A DNA stretch of 64,000 nt from Trichoplax adhaerens (lineage: Eukaryota > Animalia > Placozoa). The DNA lies in the NCBI RefSeq assembly GCF_000150275.1, contig NW_002060947.1, positions 480,695 through 544,694 of the forward strand, given 5' to 3'. The notes beneath the pieces are model-generated. The model had not been told where the DNA came from. It did no database searches and saw nothing but the letters and a program-made list of their open reading frames with translations. Positions 50,327-64,000 of the stretch are shown here, piece by piece (within the stretch, counting starts at the first letter, position 1; every line of letters begins with the position of its first letter). Made by a program: the position numbers and the translations under genes.

Positions 50327-50759
50327 CGCCGTTTTGCAATAGATAAGCGGTAGGGGGCCAACCGTTACTTACTGTCTTCACTTTCCATCGATTGTTTGTA
50401 TTGAAAGTAGAATGATTGTTTGCTGATGTCTAGACAATAGACATGCAATACGATTGGTTCAATGGCATCATCAATTGTGTTCTCTTTTACTTTTCTATCT
50501 TGATTACATATTATAATCAAAGCTATTCTATCGGTTAATTTATTTTTTCCTCTCTCTCTCTCTCTCGACATTAAATACGATGAATGATAAAAATGATTTG
50601 AATACAGCAAGGCAGGATCAAGGTTAGGTTGCTATCAAGAAGAACTACAACAGTCTATTATCATGAGAGTGGATGAAAAGCCACGTCATAAAGTGTTTGT
50701 TGCAGAGGATAGAAAATTGGGTACAAGTTAGCCGTGAAATTATCTAAATTAGCATCTCG

Positions 50760-51312
50760 AGATGGAAATAATGAGGATCGGGGAGAGAGATGGGTAGTTT
50801 TTTCTAGGCATTTTATTTCTTGGCCATGATTAATATTGATTGAAATGCTACGCAAAGAGACTAAAATCAATCATCGATTAACGGAGAACTGATAGGATAT
50901 CGTACTAAACTGTAGACATTTTCTAATAGTTTAAAAAATCAACTATGTTGATCGATAATTATAAAATGACAACAATGAGGGATGGAAAGAGAGATGGATC
51001 GGATATTTTAGGCTTTAATTTCTTGGTCTTGATTGAAATGAAACTTAACGAGACTAAAATCGATCATCGACAAATAGAAAGTTGATATGAAATAGCACTC
51101 AACTGTAGTCATTTTCCAATGTTTTAAAAAAATACTATGCCGATCAATAATAATGATAATGATGAAGGATGAGGAAATAAATGGAAAAGATGTTTTAGGC
51201 TTCAATTCCTTAGCCGTAATCAAAACTGATTGAAATGTAAGGTACCGAGACTAAAATCGGTCTTCGATCGATGGAGAGTTGACGATACGTTATTGCAATA
51301 AATTGTAGTCAT
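50760..51312. repeat. Degenerate tandem repeat, about 195 bp x3
   Basis: TTTAGGC.TT.A.TTCTTGG....TGATTGAAATG...GAGACTAAAATC.ATCATCGA....GGAGA..TGA...AACTGTAG.CATT, with GAGACTAAAATC at about 50857, 51050 and 51247. Confidence 0.85.
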
Positions 51313-54300
51313 TCTTTATCACATAAACACAATCTCAATCTGGCATCCGTGCTGTAATAAAATAGAACACCTCGATCGAAATCGCTAGGCTTGCTTGGTT
51401 TGTGACAGAGCTATCATTTTGAATTATTCAACATGAATCGTAACAAGATATTTCTAGATCGTTCGTAAAGAGTTGCGTTAGATACGACATAGCATTCATG
51501 TGGTGTGATGCTTCATTGCTTCAATTCCATATCAATTACTTTTCAAAATTTAAACAAGAAATAAAAAGTTAACTCAAAGAGATAGATAGGATTGACTAAA
51601 TTACAATGTACCTTTGATGCTCAGCTTACATCGCTAATCGTGCACAGAATAAGGTGCTAGGAACACAACGCTACAATTAGCAGTCATCACTTATTTTCAT
51701 CACATTATTAATTAGCTATCAAGCAATCAGGATACTTTCCATATTCAAATGACATACGCGAAACACTAATCGATACAATATGCTGGCCTACGACTCAATT
51801 CTCATAGAATATCATTTCAACTTTGTCTGACATTTTATTATAGTCGATTTGCAACTTAATATACCCTATATGAGATGTCATAGACGGAATAGAGCAATAC
51901 TTAAGATCTCTATTCATCGTCTGAATTCAGTCTAGCCAAAAACTTAATACGATGGCATAAAAATAGAACTAACATAGAACAGCTTTCAGCTTTTGCAGAT
52001 TATGCTAGTTTTCAATAACGTTCAAGTAATCTCTAAAGGTTAATCTGATAGAAGCAGTGTTCACTTCAGTTACCGTTTGTAAGTCTTTTATTACAGTAAT
52101 TCAATTTTAAATCAGCTCCTAACCAATTAAGCTATAATTAATTATATAATAGCAAGCGGTCCGTCAAGAATAACTAAGGCTATAATTATAACCGAATCAT
52201 ATCCCTTTAACATAATACGTTGTTTCGGTGGTCATTAATGATCGACATTTGGTTAGCCAATAGCGTTATCCAATTATGTTTCGCTACCCATCTTCCTTTG
52301 CATGCCTCGGCTTTGCTTCAAGCTAATCGACCAATTAAGACATATTATTCAAACCTAACATATTCTTAATACTATTGTTCATTTTCATAAGATCATACTA
52401 GGTCAATTTTACCTTGTTTTCCGGCAGTTTTATCCGTATATGAATGGTCAATATGCCTCCATGGCCTAAGACTAGATCGTCTAGCATGATTGTGCAAGCG
52501 TGCATCCCTTGATGCTAATTAAAATGAGTCAGCGCTAGACAACCATCGTAAGATAATTTACATAATATTATCAGTTAACATAGCATTCATCATAATAGTA
52601 TTATTTACCGTAGACAAATCAATGCTATAATATACTTAGTCAAAGTTTAAATTAAATTATAATCAGAATCACGATACAAGCATCCACTAATGCATCAATG
52701 TCAGCAACTAAACAGCAGTACATTTACTATTAGTTGATGACTCATACCGTTCTGTTATCCTATTTCGTTAGCGTTATGGCAGTTATGGTATAGTTCAAGC
52801 CAAAAAATGGCACAAAATCGTTGATAGTAAATAGGATAAGGGCAGTTTATGCTTGAAATGTGATGGAAACGGGTTTCAATAGCGTGATAGGCTCTAAGCA
52901 AAAATCAGCATAATTCGTTGTTGTAAGGTTGATAACTAGAGTAGAAAAAATAATAGTACAGTAGTTTGTAGTGGCCCGTCTGCCTAAGGTTATAGTCTTT
53001 CATAGAACGTTTTCAGAACTGAAATTGTACTATCTTATCCTATTTAAACGAGTTACACTAATTAGTTAAGTTATTTAGATAAAAAATAAAATTTTAAGTG
53101 TAAAATGCAAAGATTTGAAGCTAAAAATTTGTCTAATTATCTCTGGACTTTCTTCGGATCCCTAAGTTAATTACACTGATCTTACTTCAATAGTACACTT
53201 AATGATTATTACCAGCATGATTTGACGCTTATACTGTGCTATTTTAAAAGATTCAGTTTAATTGCGCGGGAGTCATATTAATCCTCTTTCTTATAAAATT
53301 ACTTTATTCTTCTGCACGACTCTTCAGTAAATTATTAACTAAGAAATGGACGATAAAGCTGAAAAGTACAGAATCTCAATCAATGTATCGTCTTGACATG
53401 ATGGCACTGAATAATATACTTAGTGAATGTAATAATAATGGAACAGTTACAGATTAAACACGCTTTGAGATGCTATAATTCATGCTATAAAGGAAGATCA
53501 GCTAAGATATTTGATGGCTGCTAAGCAGTTAATAGGTAAAAGAGCTTCAAAGTTTAAGTGATTGCCAGTCTAGCTAGAAAATAAACCTATATACAGTAAG
53601 CGTCATAGTAAACCATCTAATCATTCAATACTGCAAGGAATTAAGATTGCTTTTCCGCGTTATAAGAGATTCAAACTTAAATGAATTAAGCTGTTAAGGC
53701 CTCTAACGATTTATAAATGAGAAATATAGTAGAATCCTAATTTTTTAAATGATTAGTGCTTATTCTATCTTTTAGTATTTGCTAAAGCTACAAATTTACT
53801 TTATAGTATAGGTTTGACCATAATACTCGTTTATGCTTTAGTCCAACTTCGGCACTGTAATTCTAAATGAGACTTCTTTGAAAAAGAAGCCAATTATTCC
53901 GGCTTCGTTTTTACCTCATTTCACTTTGAATTAAATGAGAGATTTAAAGTATAGTAAAATAGAAACATTTATGCTCAGTCTAATTAATCATAGAATTTTG
54001 AGTAGACAACTTAATTCTAAGACTTAATAGAAGTTTAAAATATTATAGTACTTGAATAAGGATGTTCATCTTTACTTTATTTCGTTTTAGCATATAACTA
54101 TGTTTAAAATACTCCAAACAGATGGCAATATTATATAAAGATACAGTTAAATTGCTTATAGATGTTACAAACATTGTATACTACATTTTTTGAAAAATCA
54201 TCCTCTTAAATTTCGAGAAATTCTTGCTCTTTTACCAACATCCCATTTTTTCTTGTGTATTAAGCTATCGATTAACTAATAACACTTCTTGACAAGCAAA

Positions 54301-54562
54301 TAGCGCTTGATATATTAAGTTGATAGAGTTACGATAAATATCTAATAAACTGGTATAGGCGGGTAGATTAAATTTGTGTATTAAGTTAATTCTGGTACAT
54401 AACTTCGTTTAAAGGAATTAAGGATCTAATGTTGATTTCATGGCATACTGTACGGAACTTGTGATCGAACACTCTTTAATTTATCACTTGGATAATCATA
54501 GAGTTGAATTGGCAGCGGTAGTTTTATGAGAAAATATCTCAATGTATTCTTTAAATGGCCTC

Positions 54563-57500
54563 TCATGGTAACGGAGGAAAATTGAGCTTCTTAAACAGAT
54601 CTTCGGGTATATCTGGTAACTTGTCATCTTCGATCAAGAAGGAAGAAATATTAATTAAATCGACAAAAACTCGGAGCCTTTCCCTGTAATATAATAAAAT
54701 AATTATAATAACTATTAGTAAAAGTTCGAAACATAAGCCAATATGTTAATTTGTAAAGTAACAAGTAATGCTGCAAGTATCTCTGCTGTATCAGCTCTTA
54801 ATTGAATGTAACTCTATTTTAATTTACCCTGTGGTTGCTTTTAAATAAGTATAGCCGGAAGTCTGCGCCAAGCCAGATTTGTTACCTATGATTTTATGCA
54901 CCATGGCTGCATGGCTCACTATATTTTCATAAAATTAGTATTGGTAGTTATGTTGACATACGAGTGAGATGCAGTAATACATACGAGTACATGGATATAT
55001 TGCGCTAAAAATATCGTAAAATATTATGCAAATATTAGTTGATGGACGTTATAACTCGAAATTTTTAACGAGAAAAATTAAAAATTACTACAAGAAAACG
55101 AAACATTGTGAGTTTACTGTCGGGTTTTTTCTTTCTGATATCAACCTCTAATACTTATAAATTCTCCATCATCAGGAGGAAAAGTAACCAATAGTCTCAC
55201 TTAAGTCAAAACTGAACTCAGACATTATTGCAAAATCAGTTAGTTTATCGTGCAGTCACAATAACGTGAGCAATCAGTACTTAGATAATAATATAAAACT
55301 AAGCTATTATCTATTCAAAGTATACAAGACATCATAGATAAATTAATATCGATATATTACTCGATGAGTAATTTTGCGAAAACTATCGTATGGTTACTAC
55401 GCAATAGTTACTCCGTAAGAACGGGTGATAAAAATTCTAAAGATAAAGCTGCATCGTCGCAAATTTTCTGTTAGTAATCTTGTAATAGAGAGCAAAGCAC
55501 TGAAACTTTCATAGTCAAATTCTTATCGAATATAGACTGTTTATAAGAAAGTACTTAAACCTTCATTGACAGATGAAGAGATATCTAACAGCCTAACAAA
55601 CATTAGCTACAGATTTACGCTATTCAACTATACAGCATTTTTATTAATAAAATTGATAACGTCTAAGTAAAATTTAAACTTCTCCTTGACCCTTACGTTC
55701 ATTTTATAAAACCGAACAGTATTACGAGATTAAATATTAGATACTGTTAATATAGATACACTTTTAATATGTAGACAAGCACTATTTCGGCTAATCATAT
55801 ATTTTTAGGAATCTCTGTAGAAGAATATTATATTAAGTAGCATTCCACGTAACATTAAAAAAGATCTAACGTATAGAATTGTGTTATGGCAGTATATTTA
55901 AATACCATTTGTAGATATTTATAACGGCTAAAATAAATGCAGTGCCTATCGCTTATATAATTATTAATCGCGAAAGAACAAAAATTCATAATGAAGATAT
56001 CGTATCGATTAATGAAGCTCAACTAAATTTGGTTATAAAATATTATATGATGATGAATAGCTTAACTTACAACGAAATTCAAGAATTGCTTGATCTAAGT
56101 CCTGCAATAAATTTATAATCATGAAAGGCACTTGAAATCGCATCTCATACCTAAGATTTTTCAAAGTAATAAAAAATTCATAATTTTAGTAGTGACAAGT
56201 ATTGTTAAAGTATCTGTCTTAAGATCACAAACCTATAACGATAGATTGCGATAACAGCTCTAAAGGCCTGCAGAGAAAAATTTCTTTCTCCTTAAAAAAA
56301 AGTAATCATTGCTAATGTATTGGCTAAGAGTTTTCTAAACTAAATACAAGTTTTCGTAGAAGACTTAAATCAATGACTATTCATCCATCTATAAGAGAAG
56401 CACTCAATATAAAGCAGAACCATACAATTTTTACCTCTTTCTATGCAAGCTTTGTGCTTTTCTGGATCAAATAATGAATCATACCATCTCTGTAGAAATA
56501 ATATCGTAATGTGGAAGTTACGTATTAGGCAAAAGTGGTACGATATGTTTTTGCCCGATGGCCATAATATAAGACTAATTTTAGTTCTGAATAACAGGTG
56601 AGTTCGTTTTAAATTGACTATCATCATTGTCAAAAATTCTTTTCGCTACAAATATCCGAAATGATACAAAGTACCTGCTACATGTATTATTCCATATTGC
56701 TTTTATCTCTTAATATTACTAACTTAAAATATATCATCAAATAAATTCATTGAGCTACCTCCATCTTTTCGCACTCTCTAATTGAATCAACTTTTTCTTC
56801 ACTGTCGTCGTTTCTCTGCTGATATAAGTTTATAGATAATAAATATTAGTAATTGCAGTGAGGCGAAGTAAATCATATAGTGAGTAGAGTACGCTAATTT
56901 AGTCATTAGGATACCTCCGCTATTTCGCGATTAGCTTTTAACATCGCTGTTACAACATTTGTAAATTTTTTCCAGAAATTGTCTTTATGGAACACGAACT
57001 GTATCACCTTGCTATTTTCCAACCAAAGCTAAAAATGTCAAGCGTGCATGATGGCGCAAGGAAATTGCAAACAGTATTAGAAAATGAAGTTTCTCACATA
57101 ATTTAAGCAACGATTCAATCTGGATTCTATCTGGAATATATGCTACAATTGCTATCTAATAGTCCGATTGCAGCTATATGATCAGCCTACTTCTACTACA
57201 TCACGAAGAGAAGACTTGTTTTCTTCAGCCATAACAGATTCTTGATCATATTCTGCAAGCTCTTCACTATTAAGAATGAATTGAAGAGAACTAATGGTTT
57301 TCTAATATCACAAGGCATAATACATGTTATTAAATTTTTTCCTGTTCAAATTCAGTTGTATAAGTTATAGTACGATACAATTCATTATGGCCAGAGATTT
57401 GTCCTTAAGATATTAAATAATTAAAATAAATTATCGATAAATCATAGTTACAAGTATTGCTTTCGTTTTGACTGGATTCTGCAACCCTGTTAATGGTTAG

Positions 57501-60500
57501 ATGATAAAATGATGTCAAAAAATGAATAACTCATATTTTCAAAATTATGAGTTCATATTATTGCAGTACTAAGCAAATCTGCGCACAACATGTCGATAGC
57601 TAGACATTTTCATTTAAGGGAATGAAAAAAGAAAATAGCTATTCACAATATTAAAGTAATATGCTTATAGGTTTCAATATCGAAATTACTTTCATCGACA
57701 ACAGTTCATACTGTAATAATAATGCGCTCATGTTATAGAAATATAAATTCATTTTGAAAGAGCCTAAATTGTAAATATTCTAACTATTCAATATATTATA
57801 GAGTAAAACTAATTTATTCAGCTAAAATAGTCTTTCAAAATATTGTAATCAGCTATATTATGAACTGATAAATTCACGTTAAGATTACTAATTGAGTAAT
57901 TTACCCTTTTTAGTCCTAGTTTATTCTCCAATAGCCGAAAATTTTTACTTTGAAAACCTGAGCCACGACCAAGAGTAGATCTAGTCGGTTTAGTTTATAA
58001 GCATTATTTTTACTATTTTACCGAATTACTAGTAAGACGTCTTGGAATTCTATTAATATCTAAAATTCTAAAGTCCATTGAGCATACGAGTTCATACGTT
58101 CAACCACAATATATCTTACTTACCTGAATTCAAAAAATTCCACTGTGTGCATTGTATTTAAAATGGCTACTTCATTGCTTACTAACTATTAGATATAATG
58201 AAAAGTTAGTAAGCGAAGGATTATAATATCAATTTAATACATATTTTCTTTTTAATGTGTGGTGCGGCTCTCAAAAATAGCTTTATAGATTGTGGAAAAT
58301 CGCTAAGTGATATGCAAAATTGTAAGATTGATACTATAAGTCCGAGATTGTAGATTAACTTGAAATTCAAGATTGTGTCAATTGGGTATTCGTGCTGAAT
58401 GGCTACAGAAAATATTGCAGCTTTGATTAGGAATTGCTTATTAAAGTGGTTGATAACTAGAGACTATGCGAGTAATTTGATGCTAGATTACTCCAAAATT
58501 ATAGATATAGTTAGATCATAATGTAAATAAGGTGAAGATTTCTTCTCCCGCACTTAATTAGTCTTGTTCTTAATTGAAGAAGTAGATTGCATAGATAAAA
58601 TGAACATCATAAATTATCGAATTATTGATCATTTCTAATTTTAAGACGCTTTATCATGTAATATATTACTGCATTTGTATTTCTCTATAGATAAGTGCCA
58701 CGATATTGATTTTAGTGCGTAACAATATTACAGATCTAAAATGTAGGTAAAATTTAGAATTACTCCATATAACTGCTCTTCTTCGATATCGTATATAATT
58801 TATGTGTGAACTTCAGGTCAGACTGTAATCTTATGGTAATTAATCTCGTGTTATGTGGGTATAATAAGGTGTTTTAAAGTATAAAGTTATAATGCATGTT
58901 TCAGGTCTCAGGATATTCGAAAACTAGTATCATTAATTAATGTTAACGTACATGTATACTTGTATATGCAAGTAAAAGTTCAAATCTGGTAACTTATACA
59001 CTCTTGTAACTGCTCGCAAGTAAGTTAAAAGATATATCAGCGGACTACTTCTTGGAACGAAAAAATCCTGTTTTTGAAAACGCTTAAGCCAATAAGCCTG
59101 CTTTTCATTACCATTACAGGCATTTCTAGTGTTACTATAGTCGAGGCAATATCATGATATAGAAGAAATAAATCGGTCACTTTTTTAGAATATTAGAAGA
59201 TAGATTGATTTTGATTTCAATCCTTTGCTTTATCATTGCATAATTAGTAGCGATATGGCTTTACCTCAAAATTTAGACTAATAGCAAAACCTGGGCTTGC
59301 ACAGCTTTTGCTGGAATTTTATTTAAGGTAGCTAGTGACTATAATATTCATTGGCGATAAGTTTATTATGTAATATGTATCAGCATTAAATTTTGTACTG
59401 AAACTAAAATCTGTTTTGCCTAAGATAAACAAGGTCCAGTACTATCTGTTACGTAGTTATACGATAATCTATAAAACATTTGATGTACTTTAATAAATTC
59501 AATATCTTGGTATTAGCTATTGCTATTCTGCATACTAGTAGCAAATTATCGATATGCGATAATATGATTTATAGAACCATTCATTCACGTCATTATAGTA
59601 GACTTCAACAACTCTTCTAATTGCATTAGAATAAATCGTTATTAAAAGACATATTAGATTATATAGATGAATATTTCTGAATTGAATTACAGATTCCATC
59701 TTTAATTTGTAATAATTAGCGACCGACCTATGCGTGGTTAACTTTTGTTCCTTCTGAAAAGTTAGTAGTACTAATTGAAGATATCTTTGTGCAGATTACT
59801 ACAGTTATATATGCAGTTTTTTGTAATATTTTGGTGATTACAATGGGATCAATGTACTACATATCCTTCATCTCATAGAATTAATAATTAACGATCGATT
59901 TTCCTGTGTGAGCTATTCCTGATAAATAAGTAGTTAACATCGATATCTGTTATTGTTGCGGTTAAAATTAATCGTAACATTATCGCGCTTAGATATTGTT
60001 ATCGTCACGGTATTAATAGTGATATTTTCTGTTCGAACTTGATGTAATATTATTACAATTAAAATACATTTACCTGTTGCATTTTTACTGTAGAAGGTTT
60101 GGAAATTAACCATAAAGCTCTATGGATCATGTATATATTGCATTGATGTTATATATATACATCACGGGAAATAATGGGTGTTAACTTAAAGTATAATTTG
60201 ATATTAACCTCAGATACATTTTTTGTTGTCATGATTGAGATTAATCGAGATATATGCTCTTCTAAAGACTGCATAGTGAGAATAAATATGATTACTTCTA
60301 AACAAATTACTAAACAGCATGCTGAGGAAGATTTATTAAATAATAGGCGAGAATTTTCCTGTTTTAACTTCGTCTCTTACAACATATGCTTTTCAATCGC
60401 TTAGTAAAACAATTACGAATGATAATAATGATACGTATTTGAAAATGAATACTGTTTAGATAATTTACAATCTAATATAGAAATTAGCTACCTTCAGAAT

Positions 60501-63500
60501 TTCACAACATCGTCTTAGTCTTCTAACAATATCAAGTCCCTTTCTTTCATCTTTCATCTAAAGATATTGCAAAAATAATATGATACAAAATGATTTAATA
60601 TTTTCAATCATTCAATTTTTAAGCTACAAAGGTAGCGTATCACTTAATATGCTATTTATTTGTATGTTAGAATATCTGTAAAATTGACTTTTGCAATTCG
60701 TAGTGTATTGATTTTGAAATTATACATAGTAGCAAAAAATTGATCAAATACTAGTCATACTTGTATTGGTAATCGTAATACACATATACTTACAATCTGT
60801 TGAAATAACTCCTTTATAGAATCGATTTCATGATTCAGCTGGCGAAGCCATAATTCAATCACTTAGAAAAAAAGCGAATCTTTTTAATTACGGTACCTAT
60901 ATCATACTCCTGAACCAAAATGTCTACCGTAATATCGATATCGGTATACATCATAAATTAATATCAATTTGTTATTGAGAAAATTTCGAAAATAAGTACA
61001 CTAACATGCTGTAAATCTTAATATGCAGTAGGATAGTAAAGTTGTGTAGACGTATATTCGAACATAATTCAACCAAGGCGTATCCGCTAAGTTCGAGTAG
61101 GTCATGGGTAGTATCATCAGGCATAGTGGTATATTGAATTATTAATATTAACCCAGTTTAATACAGATAGATCGACATAGCATTGGATAAATCTCCTTAT
61201 TCATTATGCAATACTTGCATAGCCGCAACAACGCTTAGTAGCATATTTAAATACGAGTATACTATCACATATAATGTAGCCACTAACATACTAACATCAT
61301 TAGTATGTACTTAAATATAATATTTTCGTATAATTAAAAACACATAGCCTGAAAGCTATTTGTAATAATAAAGAAACTATGATAAAAATAACATTAATAT
61401 ATCGTACAAAGGAAACGTAGTTATCATCGGCATTAGAGCAAGATTCCGCTTGAATAAACTATTTCTTTTGATATTTTGGCCTCAATGAGCCGTCAAGCTA
61501 ACATAAAATTGAAGAAGTTATTTTGAGACCCATCATTGAAACATAAGCAATTAAACGTAAAAATCACGTGGCTACTTTCGCACAGAAAGCGGATATCTGA
61601 ATAGTTGATTATTGAACGTTTTAGATTGCAGAAATTTTCTAATATTTCTATATGCGGGATGCACAATACTATCTATCTGGTAACTATTTACTATGCATGA
61701 AGATGAAATTAATTAAAATTTAGTACCAAGTTATTATACTATTGCTTAAATTCTATTATTTCTAGATTGTATACTAATCAAAATAAAATGTGATTACCTG
61801 CACCTATATTATTAACGTTCCCTATCATTTTAATTTAAGGGATAATGTAAGACCGTTAAATTTCTATCATGACAAAATTATAATATTTTTAAGCTTTCTT
61901 GACGATGCTCCTTCATCAATTTTATTACTTATTTTAAATGATTAAAGCTCTATAGAAGTCGAATATTAATACATGGGATAGGTCAAGACACTGCTTGCAT
62001 AGTTTTGGTGATCTTTAAAAATTGTTTTCGTTATATACAGTAAAGGAATAAAGAGAGAGTTAAGGATCTCAGTTGGTTCTTCTATTCATTCACATATTTG
62101 CTTATAAAAGCATAGTCGGTCTCTTAGGACTTAGAATTGTGTAAAAATTTATAATATTTTAATTTGATTATAATTAAAAGAGTTATTGACTTGTTTATTT
62201 TGATCTCTTAAGATGTAACTGTACAATTCTTATCGGTAAAAGGCCATCTTGTGCTTAAAATTTTTAATAATCAGTATGACCTTATAGTTTAATTCAAAGC
62301 AGGGAAATACTATCTTGCACGCCATTAAGGTTGACAGTAATAAGATGTTTTACGGTAGGCATACGTATTATTATGAAGTACCACAAACAATTTGAATCAA
62401 AGATAACGAAGAAGAGTTTTAAGCATCGATAGAACTAGGTTCACGGTTAATTCTTCATGTTTTTATAAATACTTTTATCCAGAAAACAATCATTCTGACT
62501 CCAAAGTAAAATATTAGACATAGATAAGTGATTAATAGCCATTAAATCAGCGTTTAAATTATTGTAAAGTAGGCCGAAAGCAACTAGTTAGCAATACCAA
62601 TAAATGCAGCTTAGATATAAATTGATTTTAGCAGTATCCATACTTTTATAAATTAAGTCTACGAGAAGATACGATTTAGAACACTGAATAGTTTGTAGCA
62701 GGTTAATATTTGTCAATATCTCATTCATGTTGGATAGTTGATAAAGTATATTAAGCGTATAAATCCTGTCTCAAGTCAAAGTTAATCTTATCTAATATTC
62801 AATGGTTATAGTATCACAACATCGCTTATAATCTAAAAGCTGGTCATGAATGACTTGGAATTAAATGATAGGAACCGTTGATACTATAGATGTGAGTGAG
62901 CATTAGTAAGACTATATCGATTATGTCTATTTTTTTGATTGCGAAAGCTAAATTGCAAAGACTGCATCTAAAACGTTGAGTAATGGAATACTTTAGGAAT
63001 ACTATTGAAATTGGATCGTACTAAACTGTGAGAAATGACGATAGACTATAAAGAATATCGTTTAATAAAACAGCTATAGTAAAGTTCCCGTTTCAAATGA
63101 AAGGGTATATATTCTACACAAAGCAATATATTAAAATGAAAATTTACAGCTAGATTATTTCTTACTACTGTATATATATGCTTACTAAGGTAAAAATTAT
63201 AAGCGGTAGGACGTACAAGACGATTAATCTTGGTTTCGAACACGACTTATCATTTGATAATTGTCATTACTAACTGCACGTAATAAAATCAAAGGCTACT
63301 GTATTAGAGCACTCTTATTAAATATAGCTGTATTTTTATTAATCATGCCTTCCAGATAGGCCTTAATTATATTTCCATTGCTATTAAGACTTGACAATCT
63401 TACCTTGGTGAGCAGTAACAAAAAAAAGTTCATGATGCGAAGGCAGACGATTTGTTTTATGTTCATCATTGAATGCTTTTGTAGGTGAACAATAACAGGA

Positions 63501-63658
63501 TAGCAGTCTTTTGGGCTATTAAATAAACGTTACCAACAAATTATTTGGATAAATTCTGAATCACTATAAAGTAATACGAATTAAAGGGAATTTTATAGAT
63601 AACAGCTATTACCTGCATGATTTTGTCGTATTCAGTCTTATCAGAACCATTCTCTTGA
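54563..63658 (-). CDS. TDO2: Divergent tryptophan 2,3-dioxygenase (TDO2/vermilion family) homologue; 15 exons reconstructed, start exon uncertain
   Basis: Exons 63613-63658, 63404-63515, 60794-60861, 60492-60557, 58124-58185, 57905-57980, 57452-57486, 57191-57290, 56915-57028, 56759-56818, 56435-56489, 56233-56290, 56071-56150, 54828-54918 and 54563-54683 are all GT-AG, phase-compatible and stop-free. They give HHELFFVTAHQVIELWLRQLNHEIDSI, TMHTVEFFEFRSTLGRGSGFQSKNFRLLENKLG, SLFDPEKH...GERNFS, RFQVPF, SHAAMVHKIIGNK...SGYTYL and RVFVDLINISSFLI. A possible start MAYPF at 63751 does not splice cleanly. Confidence 0.93.
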
Positions 63659-64000
63659 CTAATTTTAATAAATCCCAGATAAAAAATGAATATTTCAAAA
63701 ATAAGCGAAATTTAAACTCCTCCTTATACAGTATCTAAATGGATATGCCATTCTGAGCTCGCTACACGAACATACAGAATTAATAATCGAGATAGAATAC
63801 TTCTCGTAATGATAAGTTAGCTACTAATATCTATAAAATCTGATAAAGCGGTGTAATTTGATTTACATCTGTAAGATTCTTCGACTGAAAGTGGTACTAA
63901 CAATGATTAGTTGCGAGTTCATTTAAATCAATCGAATTTGTATTATAGTAAAAAGCATCAAAAACTATAATTTGAAGGTGTACGATAACAGACAAACAAT

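Noticed and set aside
47410-51223. Several 60-80 aa ORFs in the track
   Set aside because: They overlap tandem repeats or microsatellites and show no recognisable domains or exon structure.
59245-59295. Possible extra TDO exon (good donor on the minus strand)
   Set aside because: The translation has no TDO similarity and the flanking exons already join contiguously in the alignment.
54563-63658. TDO as a pseudogene
   Set aside because: All 15 exons keep GT-AG ends, compatible phases and no stops or frameshifts; only the start exon is unresolved.

Overview
AT-rich, intron-dense, compact eukaryotic (animal) genomic DNA; gene content and intron style suggest an early-branching metazoan such as a placozoan (inference, not provable from the sequence). 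I reconstructed nine protein-coding genes by hand from GT-AG exons. In order: the 3' part of a WDR49/WDR64/WDR95-type WD40 gene (+), THUMPD3 (-), an intronless NB-ARC/STAND NTPase with a C-terminal hydrophobic anchor and no repeat sensor domain (+), PLRG1 (-), a tandem-TIR protein whose N-terminus is built from about 10 copies of its own TIR beta-A segment (+), HMMR (-), SCLT1 (+), a shortened L1/neuroglian-like adhesion protein (signal peptide, 1 Ig, 5 FN3, TM) (-), and a 15-exon tryptophan 2,3-dioxygenase (TDO) homologue (-). The ORF track catches only one exon of the TDO gene, whose GTGGS substrate-binding loop is replaced by GLAQT. Non-coding features include Helitron-type 3' ends (two tail-to-tail forming a 134-bp palindrome), (GTACT)n/(GNNCC)n pentamer tracts at divergent promoters, and many local tandem arrays. 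The most interesting items are the remodelled TDO and the putative innate-immunity pair (tail-anchored NB-ARC plus tandem TIR).
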